32,000 nucleotides of DNA from Erysipelotrichaceae bacterium OH741_COT-311 (GCA_003858585.1 RQZE01000007.1:1-32000); one strand, 5' to 3'. Counted from the stretch's first letter, positions 18,260 through 26,624 are shown. Numbers and translations: made by a program. Notes: generated from the sequence alone by a model not told the origin.

Positions 18260-18562
18260 TTATTCACCAGCTGAAATGGATACAATACTATTTTGATTTA
18301 ATAACAATCCAGCTTCACTTGCAAAAGTCATTACTCGATCTTTCGTACTTAAAGATTGAATTTGTACTTTTAAATCATCATTTTCAACCGTTAAAGCAAC
18401 AATCTTATCTTTATTTGATTGTATTGAAATAGATAATCCGTTGTTATAAGAGCGCAAAAATAAACTAGAAATTAAAAATGCAGGAAAAGCCACAATAAAA
18501 ATAAACATAGCCAATACATGTAATTTTAAACGTCTTCTTCTTTTGATTAATTTTGCACCCAT
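18260..18562 (-). CDS. ftsL: Cell division protein FtsL
   Basis: 100 aa with a basic N-terminus, a single TM helix and a coiled-coil. Sits between rsmH and the PBP gene. Confidence 0.8.
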   Translation of the reverse strand: MGAKLIKRRRRLKLHVLAMFIFIVAFPAFLISSLFLRSYNNGLSISIQSNKDKIVALTVENDDLKVQIQSLSTKDRVMTFASEAGLLLNQNSIVSISAGE

Positions 18563-18567
18563 ATTTA

Positions 18568-19500
18568 TTACCTCAATCTTTCAATACCTCTAAGTTTTGC
18601 AGGCTTAGAACGTTTGTTTTCTTCTAGCTCTTCTTGTGTTGCGATAATTACTTTTTTGTTCAATAATCGGAAGTTTGCTTCTTCTACTTGATTTGGCAAA
18701 AGAGGTATACGCTTATCTACATGTTTCACACTACTTAATGCTTGAAACTTTTCTTTCACCAAACGATCTTCTAAGGAATGAAACGTGATGATTGCACAAC
18801 GGCCACATTCCTTTAACAGTTCATCAAATTCATTTAGAAACTTCTTCAAAGATTCTAATTCTTGATTCACTTCAATACGTATTGCTTGAAATGTTTGCTT
18901 ACAAGGATGCCCTTTACTACTTAACACCTTAGCTGGAAGCACCGATTTTACAATATCTACCAATTCAAAGGTTGTTTCAATTGGCTTGTGTTTACGATAA
19001 TTTTCAATTGCTCGTGCAATGTGTTTCGCAAACTTTTCTTGACCATAAACCGTTAAAATACGATACAAGTCTTGAAATGAATATTGGTTCACTACATCAT
19101 AAGCCGTTAATGAACCCTCTTGATTCATACGCATATCCAACTTTGCATCACTTCGATAACTAAACCCCCTAGTTGATTCATCAAACTGAGGAGAAGATAC
19201 ACCTAAATCCAGTAAGATACCATCTACTTGCAAAACATTTAGCTGAGCTAAACACTTTTTCATATCTGCAAAGTTTGCATGAATGCATGTATAATTATTT
19301 CCCACTTCATCTAGACGTTGTTTTGACTCTTCAATTGCCTGAAGATCCAAATCAAAGCAATACAAATGTCCTTGATCTAATCTTTTCAATATCTCACAAC
19401 TATGTCCACCTCGACCAAGGGTACCATCAACATAAATTCCATTCGGCTTAATTGATAGTAGGTCTAGTGTTTCCAACAACATAACACTATAATGTTTCAT
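18568..19500 (-). CDS. rsmH: 16S rRNA (cytosine1402-N4)-methyltransferase
   Basis: 310 aa with motifs HYSVMLLE, DGTLGRGGHS, LLDLGVSSPQ and FHSLEDR. Confidence 0.95.
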   Translation of the reverse strand: MKHYSVMLLETLDLLSIKPNGIYVDGTLGRGGHSCEILKRLDQGHLYCFDLDLQAIEESKQRLDEVGNNYTCIHANFADMKKCLAQLNVLQVDGILLDLGVSSPQFDESTRGFSYRSDAKLDMRMNQEGSLTAYDVVNQYSFQDLYRILTVYGQEKFAKHIARAIENYRKHKPIETTFELVDIVKSVLPAKVLSSKGHPCKQTFQAIRIEVNQELESLKKFLNEFDELLKECGRCAIITFHSLEDRLVKEKFQALSSVKHVDKRIPLLPNQVEEANFRLLNKKVIIATQEELEENKRSKPAKLRGIERLR

Positions 19501-19931
19501 TAAATTAAATACGACGTTAGTTTTTCAGCAATATCTTCAAATTTACTACTTGCTTCATCACATATTGCCTCCCAACGTTCTTCACTCCATATTTCAACCC
19601 ATTCTCCAGCGCCAACAACGACACTTTCTTTTGTAATATTTGCTTCTTTTAGTAAGTTTGTAGGTATAATGATGCGCCCTTGATTATCTAACTGACATTC
19701 ACAGGCTTTTGATGTAAACATACGCTTATATAAACGACCATCACGACTTGTTTCTGGGATTAAATTTAATTTTTCAAGCATCTTGTCCCATTGTTCCATA
19801 TTATAAATTGCTAAGCAGCCATCCAATCCTTTTGTAATCACAAATTTTAAGCCTAATTCTTCACGCAATTTACTTGGAATAATGATTCGACCTTTTGCAT
19901 CTAGATTATGTCGATACTCTCCCGTAAACAT
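19500..19931 (-). CDS. mraZ: Transcriptional regulator MraZ
   Basis: 143 aa with the duplicated SpoVT/AbrB-like motif (LDAKGRIIIP and LDNQGRIIIP). TAATG overlap with rsmH. Confidence 0.95.
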   Translation of the reverse strand: MFTGEYRHNLDAKGRIIIPSKLREELGLKFVITKGLDGCLAIYNMEQWDKMLEKLNLIPETSRDGRLYKRMFTSKACECQLDNQGRIIIPTNLLKEANITKESVVVGAGEWVEIWSEERWEAICDEASSKFEDIAEKLTSYLI

Positions 19932-19967
19932 ACCACTTTACCCCACTTTGCACCACTATACACCACT
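19931..19967 (-). promoter_or_regulatory. Putative MraZ operator: four direct AGTGG(T/G) repeats with exact 10-nt phasing
   Basis: The minus strand reads AGTGGTGtatAGTGGTGcaaAGTGGGGtaaAGTGGTAtg (boxes at 19967, 19957, 19947 and 19937). The last box abuts the mraZ ATG. Confidence 0.65.
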
Positions 19968-19996
19968 ATTATGTTACATATCTGTCATTTTGTAAA
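19968..19996 (-). promoter_or_regulatory. Putative dcw promoter (TTTACA, 17 nt, CATAAT)
   Basis: -35 at 19996..19991 and -10 at 19973..19968 on the minus strand, directly followed by the GTGG repeat array. Confidence 0.5.
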
Positions 19997-20013
19997 TATA
20001 TAATGCAAAAAAA

Positions 20014-20042
20014 CATAAAAAAAATAACCATTTCTGGTTATT
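20014..20042 (-). terminator. Rho-independent terminator after rpmF
   Basis: aataacca (20023..20030) / tggttatt (20035..20042) with a 4-nt loop. On the minus strand UUUUUUU follows. Confidence 0.8.
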
Positions 20043-20059
20043 TGTTAGTATTAAGCAAA

Positions 20060-20209
20060 CTATTTAGCACCACATTCTACGCATGCATGATGAGGTTGTT
20101 TGTACTCTCCACATTTTGAACATTTCACTAAAGCTGGAGCTTGTAGTTTAAAGTGTGTTCTACGTTTTGCTTTTCTTGTTTTTGAATTTCTTCTTTGTTG
20201 AACAGCCAT
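20060..20209 (-). CDS. rpmF: 50S ribosomal protein L32 (Cys4 zinc-ribbon form, 49 aa)
   Basis: Hand translation: MAVQQRRNSKTRKAKRRTHFKLQAPALVKCSKCGEYKQPHHACVECGAK. The GGAGGA RBS overlaps the yceD stop. Too short for the ORF track. Confidence 0.9.
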   Translation of the reverse strand: MAVQQRRNSKTRKAKRRTHFKLQAPALVKCSKCGEYKQPHHACVECGAK

Positions 20210-20211
20210 GA

Positions 20212-20724
20212 TTAATCCTCCTTATCTTCAAACTTAAATTCTTTTAGTTTTGCTAAGCGCGGGTCCATTTCTGAACCCTTTTCTTTGGTGTACTCTTTTT
20301 CACTGACAACTTTCCATCCTTGTCCTTTTGGATAATCTGGATTGTCAACTGTTACCTTAAGTGGAACTTCACTCATCAGTAACTGAAAGATGGAAGGGTT
20401 TAAATCAATTACATCACCGTTTGCTTCAAGTTCATCTTCATCCCTTGCCTTTGTTAAACTACATACAAGACTAGCCTGTGTATGAAAGGCTACTTCCAGC
20501 TCTTGTAAAGTAATGGCGCAAGGACAAAGCATTATACCACTTAAGTCAACATCAAAGCGAATAACATCTTCTTGATCATCATAATAGGCATGCCCTTTTA
20601 CAACGACTTCTTCCACTTTGTTAATGCGTGGATTAGAAGCAAATACTTCTTGATCAAATGTCAATGATTCTTCAAAGTTAAGTCTTTGTGTATTTAAAAT
20701 GTCACTTTTTGAAAATATTGGCAT
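20212..20724 (-). CDS. yceD: DUF177 / YceD family protein (large-subunit rRNA accumulation protein)
   Basis: 170 aa, acidic, with a C..C pattern (LCPCAITL). Conserved position immediately upstream of rpmF. Confidence 0.8.
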   Translation of the reverse strand: MPIFSKSDILNTQRLNFEESLTFDQEVFASNPRINKVEEVVVKGHAYYDDQEDVIRFDVDLSGIMLCPCAITLQELEVAFHTQASLVCSLTKARDEDELEANGDVIDLNPSIFQLLMSEVPLKVTVDNPDYPKGQGWKVVSEKEYTKEKGSEMDPRLAKLKEFKFEDKED

Positions 20725-20751
20725 TTAATCACCCTTTTCTTACCGTTAAAT

Positions 20752-20779
20752 ATTATAACAAAACAACCGTAATAGTCAA
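20752..20779 (-). promoter_or_regulatory. Putative promoter of yceD-rpmF (TTGACT, 16 nt, TATAAT)
   Basis: -35 at 20779..20774 and -10 at 20757..20752 on the minus strand. The leader of about 25 nt contains AAGGGTGA. Confidence 0.45.
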
Positions 20780-20838
20780 ATTAATTTATATATATTTCTT
20801 CCTATTTTCCTAAATGATATAATACAATTGGTGATTCA

Positions 20839-21939
20839 ATGAAACTTACAGGAATTGTTGTAGAATATAACCCTTTTCACAACGGACATAAACATCATAT
20901 TCAACAAGCACTAGAATTAACAAAACCAGATGGCTTAATTGCTGTAATGTCCGGTAATTTTGTGCAACGTGGTGAAGTGGCAATGATTGATAAATGGCAA
21001 AGAGTAGAAATGGCACTTCAAAACGGTGTTGATTTAGTTGTAGAGCTTCCATATATCTATGCCACACAATCTGCCAGTCAATTTGCTTATGGAGCAATTA
21101 CAACTTTAAAAATGTGCCAAATCCAACATCTTGTTTTTGGAAGTGAGTCCAATGACTTAACAACCCTAAAGGAAATCGCAAATCTAACTATCAAACCTGA
21201 TTATTTAAAGGAACAAATGGATGATGGTTCTTCTTATCCAAAATCAATTTCCATTTTGCAAGGAAGCTATGGATCAAATGATATTCTGGGGATTTGCTAT
21301 TTAAAAGAACTATTAGGAACCAATATTCAAGCTCATTGCATTCAACGTACCAATAACTATCACGATTTAGATATTAGTCAAAAAATCGCTAGTGCAAGTG
21401 CTATTCGTCATGCAGTGTATCATCAAGAGGAAGTTAAACACACAACCGATCAACCGTTCAAACACCCTATATTTATGGATTCTTTTTACTCTCATCTACG
21501 TCTTTTGTTACTTACTCTTCCAAAGGAGTATTTACAATCCATTTTTCTAGTTCAAGAAGGAATTGAACATCATTTATATCGACAAGCTCTACTTTACAAT
21601 CATTATCAAGACTTTATCGCTCATGCAATAACACGAAGATATACCAAAGCTCGTATACAAAGAACTTGTTTAGCTATTTTAAATCAAATAACAAAACAAC
21701 AAGTGCAACAATTAGAACCTTTAAATCACATTCGTGTTTTAGGCTTTAACAAAAAAGGACAAACCATCTTAAAGCATTTAAAACAATTAGGTATTCCTAT
21801 TTGCACACGCTTTAAGGATATACCAAAAGACTATCGTGATTTAGAATTCAAAACAACTCTTACCTATGCTTCTATACTTCCAAAAGAAATACAAGAAGAT
21901 TTAATACAAAAAGAAATTGGATACATTGTAATAAAATAA
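20839..21939 (+). CDS. tmcAL: tRNA(Met) cytidine acetate ligase (YlbM/UPF0348 nucleotidyltransferase)
   Basis: 366 aa starting MKLTGIVVEYNPFHNGHKHHI (HxGH-type nucleotidyltransferase). Neighbour of yceD-rpmF, as ylbM is in B. subtilis. Confidence 0.8.
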   Translation: MKLTGIVVEYNPFHNGHKHHIQQALELTKPDGLIAVMSGNFVQRGEVAMIDKWQRVEMALQNGVDLVVELPYIYATQSASQFAYGAITTLKMCQIQHLVFGSESNDLTTLKEIANLTIKPDYLKEQMDDGSSYPKSISILQGSYGSNDILGICYLKELLGTNIQAHCIQRTNNYHDLDISQKIASASAIRHAVYHQEEVKHTTDQPFKHPIFMDSFYSHLRLLLLTLPKEYLQSIFLVQEGIEHHLYRQALLYNHYQDFIAHAITRRYTKARIQRTCLAILNQITKQQVQQLEPLNHIRVLGFNKKGQTILKHLKQLGIPICTRFKDIPKDYRDLEFKTTLTYASILPKEIQEDLIQKEIGYIVIK

Positions 21940-21968
21940 CCTCTTTAATTCTCAAGAGGTTATTTTTC
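21930..21968. terminator. Bidirectional terminator shared by tmcAL (+) and tagD (-)
   Basis: Perfect 10-bp stem ataacctctt (21936..21945) / aagaggttat (21954..21963). T-run on the plus side and AUUUUAUU on the minus side. Confidence 0.75.
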
Positions 21969-22346
21969 TAAGTCATTCTTAATTTTTGTTGTACTAATAC
22001 CTTCTGTCCTTGGAAGATACCTTACTTCTACAATTTCAGACAATTCATCAAAACGACCTGCCCAATCATCTCCCATAACAAAAACATCCGCTTGATATTT
22101 AATAATATCTTCTTTTTTTTGCTCCCAACGATACTCAGGAACCACTAAATCCACATAACGGATTGCCTCTAACATCATTTTGCGTTCTTGATAATTATGA
22201 TAACTTTTTTTCCCTTTAATCGCATTAAACTCATCCGTACTTAAAACAACAATTAAATAATCTCCTAATTCTTTCGCTCTTTTTAAAAGACGAATATGTC
22301 CCCAATGCAATAAGTCATATGTTCCATATGTAATGATTCTTTTCAT
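21960..22346 (-). CDS. tagD: Glycerol-3-phosphate cytidylyltransferase
   Basis: 128 aa, MKRIITYGTYDLLHWGHIRLLKRAKELGDYLIV, with a C-terminal RTEGISTT motif. Confidence 0.9.
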   Translation of the reverse strand: MKRIITYGTYDLLHWGHIRLLKRAKELGDYLIVVLSTDEFNAIKGKKSYHNYQERKMMLEAIRYVDLVVPEYRWEQKKEDIIKYQADVFVMGDDWAGRFDELSEIVEVRYLPRTEGISTTKIKNDLEK

Positions 22347-22361
22347 ACACTCACCTTTTTT

Positions 22362-22370
22362 ATTATAACA
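22362..22370 (-). promoter_or_regulatory. Extended -10 promoter element TGtTATAAT upstream of tagD
   Basis: The minus strand reads TTTGTTATAATaaaaaaGGTGAgtgtATG. Confidence 0.4.
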
Positions 22371-22371
22371 A

Positions 22372-22398
22372 AGAAAAAAGAATAGGTCACCCTACTCT
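22372..22398 (-). terminator. Rho-independent terminator after yebC
   Basis: agaatagg (22379..22386) / cctactct (22391..22398), 8 bp including one G-U pair. On the minus strand UUUUUUC follows. Confidence 0.6.
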
Positions 22399-23111
22399 TG
22401 CACATTGTGATAAATTTTTTGAACATCCTCTACATCATCCAACAGACGCAGTAAACGTTGCCATAATTCAAGTTCTTCCGGATCTTCAATTGTCGTTTTT
22501 TCATTCGGTAGGTAAGTAATCTCACACACATCAAATTCAACCTCTCCCAACAAATCTTTAATCGCTTCTTGCGCTTTATGAAAATCTGTAGGTTCCGTAT
22601 AAACTGTCATGTGTCCATCTTCCACTTCTAAATCCTTAACATCTACCTCTGCCATAACTAAAGTATCTAACATCGTTTCTTCGCTATCGTATGGGAATGA
22701 AAGTAAACCTAAATGTTCATAGCCATGACTTACTGCTCCGGAAACACCTAATTTACATTTCGCTTTGTTAAAACATGTTTTTACCGCACTAATAGTACGA
22801 TTTACATTATCTGTTAAGCATTCAATGATAATGGTAGCACTGCCTGGACCAAAACCTTCATAACGAGCAGGATCATAAGATTCATTTGATGAACCTTTCG
22901 CTTTTTCCACTGCTCTTTTAATTACATCAGCTGGCACTTGGTTTGCCTTCGCTTCTGCAATTTTACGTTTTAAACCTAAGTTCATATCCGGATCTGGAAC
23001 TCCGGCTTTTGCAGCCATATAAATTTCCTTGCCAAAACGTGAATATATTTTTGTTTTCATTGCAGCTGTCTTTGCCATACTTGCTGCACGGACTTCATGT
23101 GCACGTCCCAT
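22392..23111 (-). CDS. yebC: YebC/PmpR family DNA-binding transcriptional regulator
   Basis: 239 aa, MGRAHEVRAASMAKTAAMKTKIYSRFGKEIYMAAK..., with typical family length and an acidic C-terminus. Confidence 0.9.
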   Translation of the reverse strand: MGRAHEVRAASMAKTAAMKTKIYSRFGKEIYMAAKAGVPDPDMNLGLKRKIAEAKANQVPADVIKRAVEKAKGSSNESYDPARYEGFGPGSATIIIECLTDNVNRTISAVKTCFNKAKCKLGVSGAVSHGYEHLGLLSFPYDSEETMLDTLVMAEVDVKDLEVEDGHMTVYTEPTDFHKAQEAIKDLLGEVEFDVCEITYLPNEKTTIEDPEELELWQRLLRLLDDVEDVQKIYHNVQE

Positions 23112-23138
23112 TTATAACACCACCTTTTTTCCTTAGTT

Positions 23139-23147
23139 ATTATATCA
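23139..23147 (-). promoter_or_regulatory. Extended -10 promoter element TGaTATAAT upstream of yebC
   Basis: The minus strand reads TTTGATATAATaactaagGAAAAAAGGTGGTGttataaATG. Confidence 0.4.
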
Positions 23148-23170
23148 AATACAGATATAGAGTTAAAGAA

Positions 23171-23932
23171 CTAAATCACATCCTCAATAAGTTCTCCAAC
23201 ATCTGTATAACTCTTTACTGCAACTTCTTTCACTACTTCAATCGCATTATCTACACAATACCCTTTATAAGCTAAAATCATATCAAAATCATTATAGTCA
23301 TCACCAATGGCATAAATCTCATCACTACCATAATATTTTTTTATAAAATCTAATCCTGTTTTCTTACTAATATCTTTTGCCATAATATCAAAAACCCATA
23401 GATTTTTAATGACGTTTACTTCATCACCAAAATGAGTTACCACATCATGATATAATGCCTCTTTATGTTTTAAATCATCTCCTCGAACCACAAATGAAAT
23501 GATATGATTTGATGCAAGCATAACCTCTTTACTAACTTGTAAATTTTCATGACGTTTTTTATGTGCTTGCGCTCTTGGATCAACACTATCATAACGACCA
23601 TAGACATGATACCCATCATTACATGCATAAAATGGATAGTTATGAGTTTCAAAGTGATTTAAAAGCTTCTTTGCAACTTCTGTTTTGATTGTTTGCTCAA
23701 ATAAAAGTTTACCATTACCATCTACAATCACACTTCCATTACTCGCGACAATAAAATCTACTTTTATATCTTGTTTTTCTAATTCTTCCACAATGGTAAT
23801 TAAGCTTCGCCCTGTAATAATTCCAAAAAGATGCCCAGCATTTTGAAATTCAATTATTTTTTGTTTAATGGTTAATGGAATCTCTTCTTGTTGTTTTAAT
23901 GTTCCATCATAATCGGATGCAATAATTTTCAT
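23171..23932 (-). CDS. Cof-type HAD-IIB family phosphatase
   Basis: 253 aa with HAD motif I (DYDGTL), motif II (ITGR) and motif IV (GDDYNDFDM). ATGA overlap with the upstream Alg13-like gene. Confidence 0.85.
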   Translation of the reverse strand: MKIIASDYDGTLKQQEEIPLTIKQKIIEFQNAGHLFGIITGRSLITIVEELEKQDIKVDFIVASNGSVIVDGNGKLLFEQTIKTEVAKKLLNHFETHNYPFYACNDGYHVYGRYDSVDPRAQAHKKRHENLQVSKEVMLASNHIISFVVRGDDLKHKEALYHDVVTHFGDEVNVIKNLWVFDIMAKDISKKTGLDFIKKYYGSDEIYAIGDDYNDFDMILAYKGYCVDNAIEVVKEVAVKSYTDVGELIEDVI

Positions 23933-24399
23933 AAAACCTCTTCTAAATAGTTCTCTAATTTCTCTACAAATACTTTATTATTACTTTTCACTTTCTTAGG
24001 TGTAAAGTGAATACAACGATTATAGAGTTCATCTAACGAGTTGTGTTCATTTAACTCTAATAAATATCCTTCTAATGCAAAACTTTCAATAATTTGTTTT
24101 TGATGATCATTTTGATGTTCCATATATTTCTCTAAACGAGCACAAGCAATGACTTTTTTTCCTCTTTTTAACGCAGACATAATACTACCTACTCCACCAT
24201 GAGTAATAATAAGATCTGCCTGTTTAATAAATTCATCAAATTGCTCAGAAGATAAATAATCATAGATTTGCATTTTATCAGATTCAAATTTTGTATAACC
24301 TGCTTGTACAATAATTTCCTCTTGTATTTTTGATTGTTCAACATAGTCTAATAAACGTTTAAATGATTTATCCTGAGTACCTAACATTACAAAAATCAT
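23929..24399 (-). CDS. Alg13-like glycosyltransferase catalytic subunit (Glyco_tran_28_C; PssE/Cps14G-like)
   Basis: MIFVMLGTQDKSFKRLL ... ITHGGVGSIMSALKRGKKVIA ... EHQNDHQ. Start placed at the ATG at 24399, forming a TAATG overlap with the Alg14-like stop. The track ORF extends to 24456. Confidence 0.75.
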   Translation of the reverse strand: MIFVMLGTQDKSFKRLLDYVEQSKIQEEIIVQAGYTKFESDKMQIYDYLSSEQFDEFIKQADLIITHGGVGSIMSALKRGKKVIACARLEKYMEHQNDHQKQIIESFALEGYLLELNEHNSLDELYNRCIHFTPKKVKSNNKVFVEKLENYLEEVL

Positions 24400-24869
24400 T
24401 AAAAAATCCACCCCCAACATTCTGCTTTTGGATATACTTCCAACATACTTGGCCATTGCACAACAAATTTATCCGCAATCTTATATACCATCTTGCCAGC
24501 TTTCGTCGGTGTCTGACTATTTGCAAATGTTTCAATCCAAATTACTTTTGAACGAAACAACTTCGCAATATAACACATTGGCACAGCTGTATGTGTTCCG
24601 GTTGTAATAATCGCCTTAGGTCTATATATTAAAAATAAGATAAAACTATATATACAATTAAAACTAAAAATAAATAAATAAGGTAATAAATGATCTTGGG
24701 TACCATAAAGTAAATAACTGATTTTTTTACCATATGCTGACTTTAAGTATTTACTTGACTTTGTTTTCTCTGTAACAACTTGATAATCATACTTTGAAAA
24801 CAAACTCTTTAAAGCTAATAACTCTGTTAAATGTCCACCTTGACTAGAAATAAACATAACCTTCTTCAT
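24399..24869 (-). CDS. Alg14-like glycosyltransferase membrane-anchor subunit (PssD/Cps14F-like)
   Basis: MKKVMFISSQGGHLTELLAL ... ITTGTHTAVPMCYIAKLFRSKVIWIETFAN ... VVQWPSM. Start at the ATG at 24869, preceded by GGAGG. Confidence 0.75.
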   Translation of the reverse strand: MKKVMFISSQGGHLTELLALKSLFSKYDYQVVTEKTKSSKYLKSAYGKKISYLLYGTQDHLLPYLFIFSFNCIYSFILFLIYRPKAIITTGTHTAVPMCYIAKLFRSKVIWIETFANSQTPTKAGKMVYKIADKFVVQWPSMLEVYPKAECWGWIF

Positions 24870-24884
24870 ACATACCTCCAAGAT

Positions 24885-24909
24885 AAAGGAGTGTTTTTAA
24901 CACTCCTTT
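24885..24909 (-). other. Intercistronic hairpin between ptsI and the Alg14-like gene
   Basis: Perfect 11-bp stem aaaggagtgtt (24885..24895) / aacactccttt (24899..24909) with a 3-nt loop. On the minus strand AUCUUGG follows (no U-tract), then the GGAGG RBS. Confidence 0.6.
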
Positions 24910-24917
24910 ATTTTAAC

Positions 24918-26621
24918 TTATTTTAATGTTTTTTTCACTAACTCAATAACAGCTTCTTCATTATCTAAAGCAACTGCCTGTAAAGCTAATTCCTTCATTT
25001 CAGCATAGCTTAGACTACGAATCAATTTACGTGTTGGTAAAATTGAAGTTGCTGACATTGAAAACTCATCTAACCCTAAACCAAGTAGTACCGGAGCAGC
25101 CAATTGATCACCAGCCATTTCTCCACACATACCAACCCATTTACCATGAGCATGTGCACCATCAATAGTCATCTTTACTAGACGTAAAATAGATGGATTT
25201 AATGGTTGATATAAATAAGATACTTTACTTGACATACGATCTGCGGCCATTGAGTATTGAATTAAATCATTTGTACCGATTGAGAAGAAATCTGCATACT
25301 TAGCAAATTGATCTGCAAGCACAGCTGCTGCTGGAATTTCCACCATCATACCTACCTCAATCTCTTCACTTACTGCAACCCCTTCTTTTACAAGCTTCGC
25401 TTTTTCTTCCTCGAAGATAGCTTTTGCTTGTTTAAATTCATCGACTGTTGCAATCATCGGGAACATAATACATAGTTTTCCATAGATTGAAGCACGAATT
25501 AATGCACGTAATTGTGTACGTAAAATATGTGGCAGATCTAAACATAAACGAATTGCTCGATAACCCAAGAATGGATTCATTTCTTCAGGGAATTCAAAAT
25601 AATTTAATTTTTTATCTCCCCCAATATCTAAAGTACGAACCACTACCTTTTTACCATTCATACCTTCCAATACTTTTTTATAAGCTTCAAATTGCTCTTC
25701 TTCATTCGGGAATGCATCTGTATCCATATACAAGAATTCAGTACGATACAATCCTACCCCTTCACCACCATTATTTACTACACCTTCTACATCTTTTGGT
25801 GTTCCAATGTTACCAGCTAATTCTACTTCATGGTGATCAACTGTTTCACTCTTTGCATCTAATAAAACTTTTAACGCTTCTTTTTCAGCAATAAACGCTT
25901 CTAATTTCGCTATATATTCCTGCTTAAGCTCTTCTGTTGGATTTAAGAACACTAAGCCATCAACCGCATCCAAAATGATTTCATCATTATGTTTCGCCAT
26001 TTTCATAACATCATCAATACCAACAACAGCCGGAATCTCTAAAGAACGTGCCATAATTGCAGAATGTGATGTACGACCACCAATTTCTGTAGCAAATCCT
26101 TTTGTAAACTTCTTATTTAATTGTGCAGTATCTGATGGAGTTAAATCTTCCGCTACAACTACAACTTGAGTATCAATTGATGTCAAATCTGGTATTTCTA
26201 CATTTAAAATATTACATTTTAAACGGAACGTAACATCTTTTACATCAGCGGCTCTTTCTTTAAAGTAATCATTATCCATACTTTCAAACATAGAAACCAT
26301 CATATTACCAACAGTTTCTGCAGCAAAATCCGCATTGATAGACTCGTTTTTAATCATTTCTTCCATTTGACCAATTAATTCTGGATCACTTGCCATCATT
26401 AAATGTGCATCAAATACAGCCAATTCTTCAGCTGTTAAATTTGCAGAAGCACGTTCTTTAATCAATTCAATATCTTTAATTGTTTTCGCTAATGCAGCTT
26501 GCAATTTTTTGATTTCCTCTTCTGCATTTGCTTGTTTTCGCTCAATGTTTAAAACCGGTTGTTGAAGTTTATATACCTTAGCAATGACATATCCACTTGA
26601 AGCTGCAATCCCTTTTAACAT
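24918..26621 (-). CDS. ptsI: Phosphoenolpyruvate--protein phosphotransferase (PTS enzyme I)
   Basis: 567 aa with the active-site His region GGRTSHSAIMARSLEIPAVVG and a PEP-utilizing C-terminal domain (GTNDLIQY). Confidence 0.95.
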   Translation of the reverse strand: MLKGIAASSGYVIAKVYKLQQPVLNIERKQANAEEEIKKLQAALAKTIKDIELIKERASANLTAEELAVFDAHLMMASDPELIGQMEEMIKNESINADFAAETVGNMMVSMFESMDNDYFKERAADVKDVTFRLKCNILNVEIPDLTSIDTQVVVVAEDLTPSDTAQLNKKFTKGFATEIGGRTSHSAIMARSLEIPAVVGIDDVMKMAKHNDEIILDAVDGLVFLNPTEELKQEYIAKLEAFIAEKEALKVLLDAKSETVDHHEVELAGNIGTPKDVEGVVNNGGEGVGLYRTEFLYMDTDAFPNEEEQFEAYKKVLEGMNGKKVVVRTLDIGGDKKLNYFEFPEEMNPFLGYRAIRLCLDLPHILRTQLRALIRASIYGKLCIMFPMIATVDEFKQAKAIFEEEKAKLVKEGVAVSEEIEVGMMVEIPAAAVLADQFAKYADFFSIGTNDLIQYSMAADRMSSKVSYLYQPLNPSILRLVKMTIDGAHAHGKWVGMCGEMAGDQLAAPVLLGLGLDEFSMSATSILPTRKLIRSLSYAEMKELALQAVALDNEEAVIELVKKTLK

Positions 26622-26624
26622 AAT

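Noticed and set aside
20815-20823. Extended -10 element TGaTATAAT upstream of tmcAL
   Set aside because: The predicted TSS (about 20830) would fall on the GGTGA RBS and leave almost no leader, so I do not list it as a promoter. It could still be real if the mRNA is near-leaderless.
24885-24909. Hairpin after ptsI as an intrinsic terminator
   Set aside because: The 11-bp stem is strong, but on the coding (minus) strand it is followed by AUCUUGG rather than a U-tract. The next gene has no room for a promoter. Kept as an intercistronic hairpin instead.
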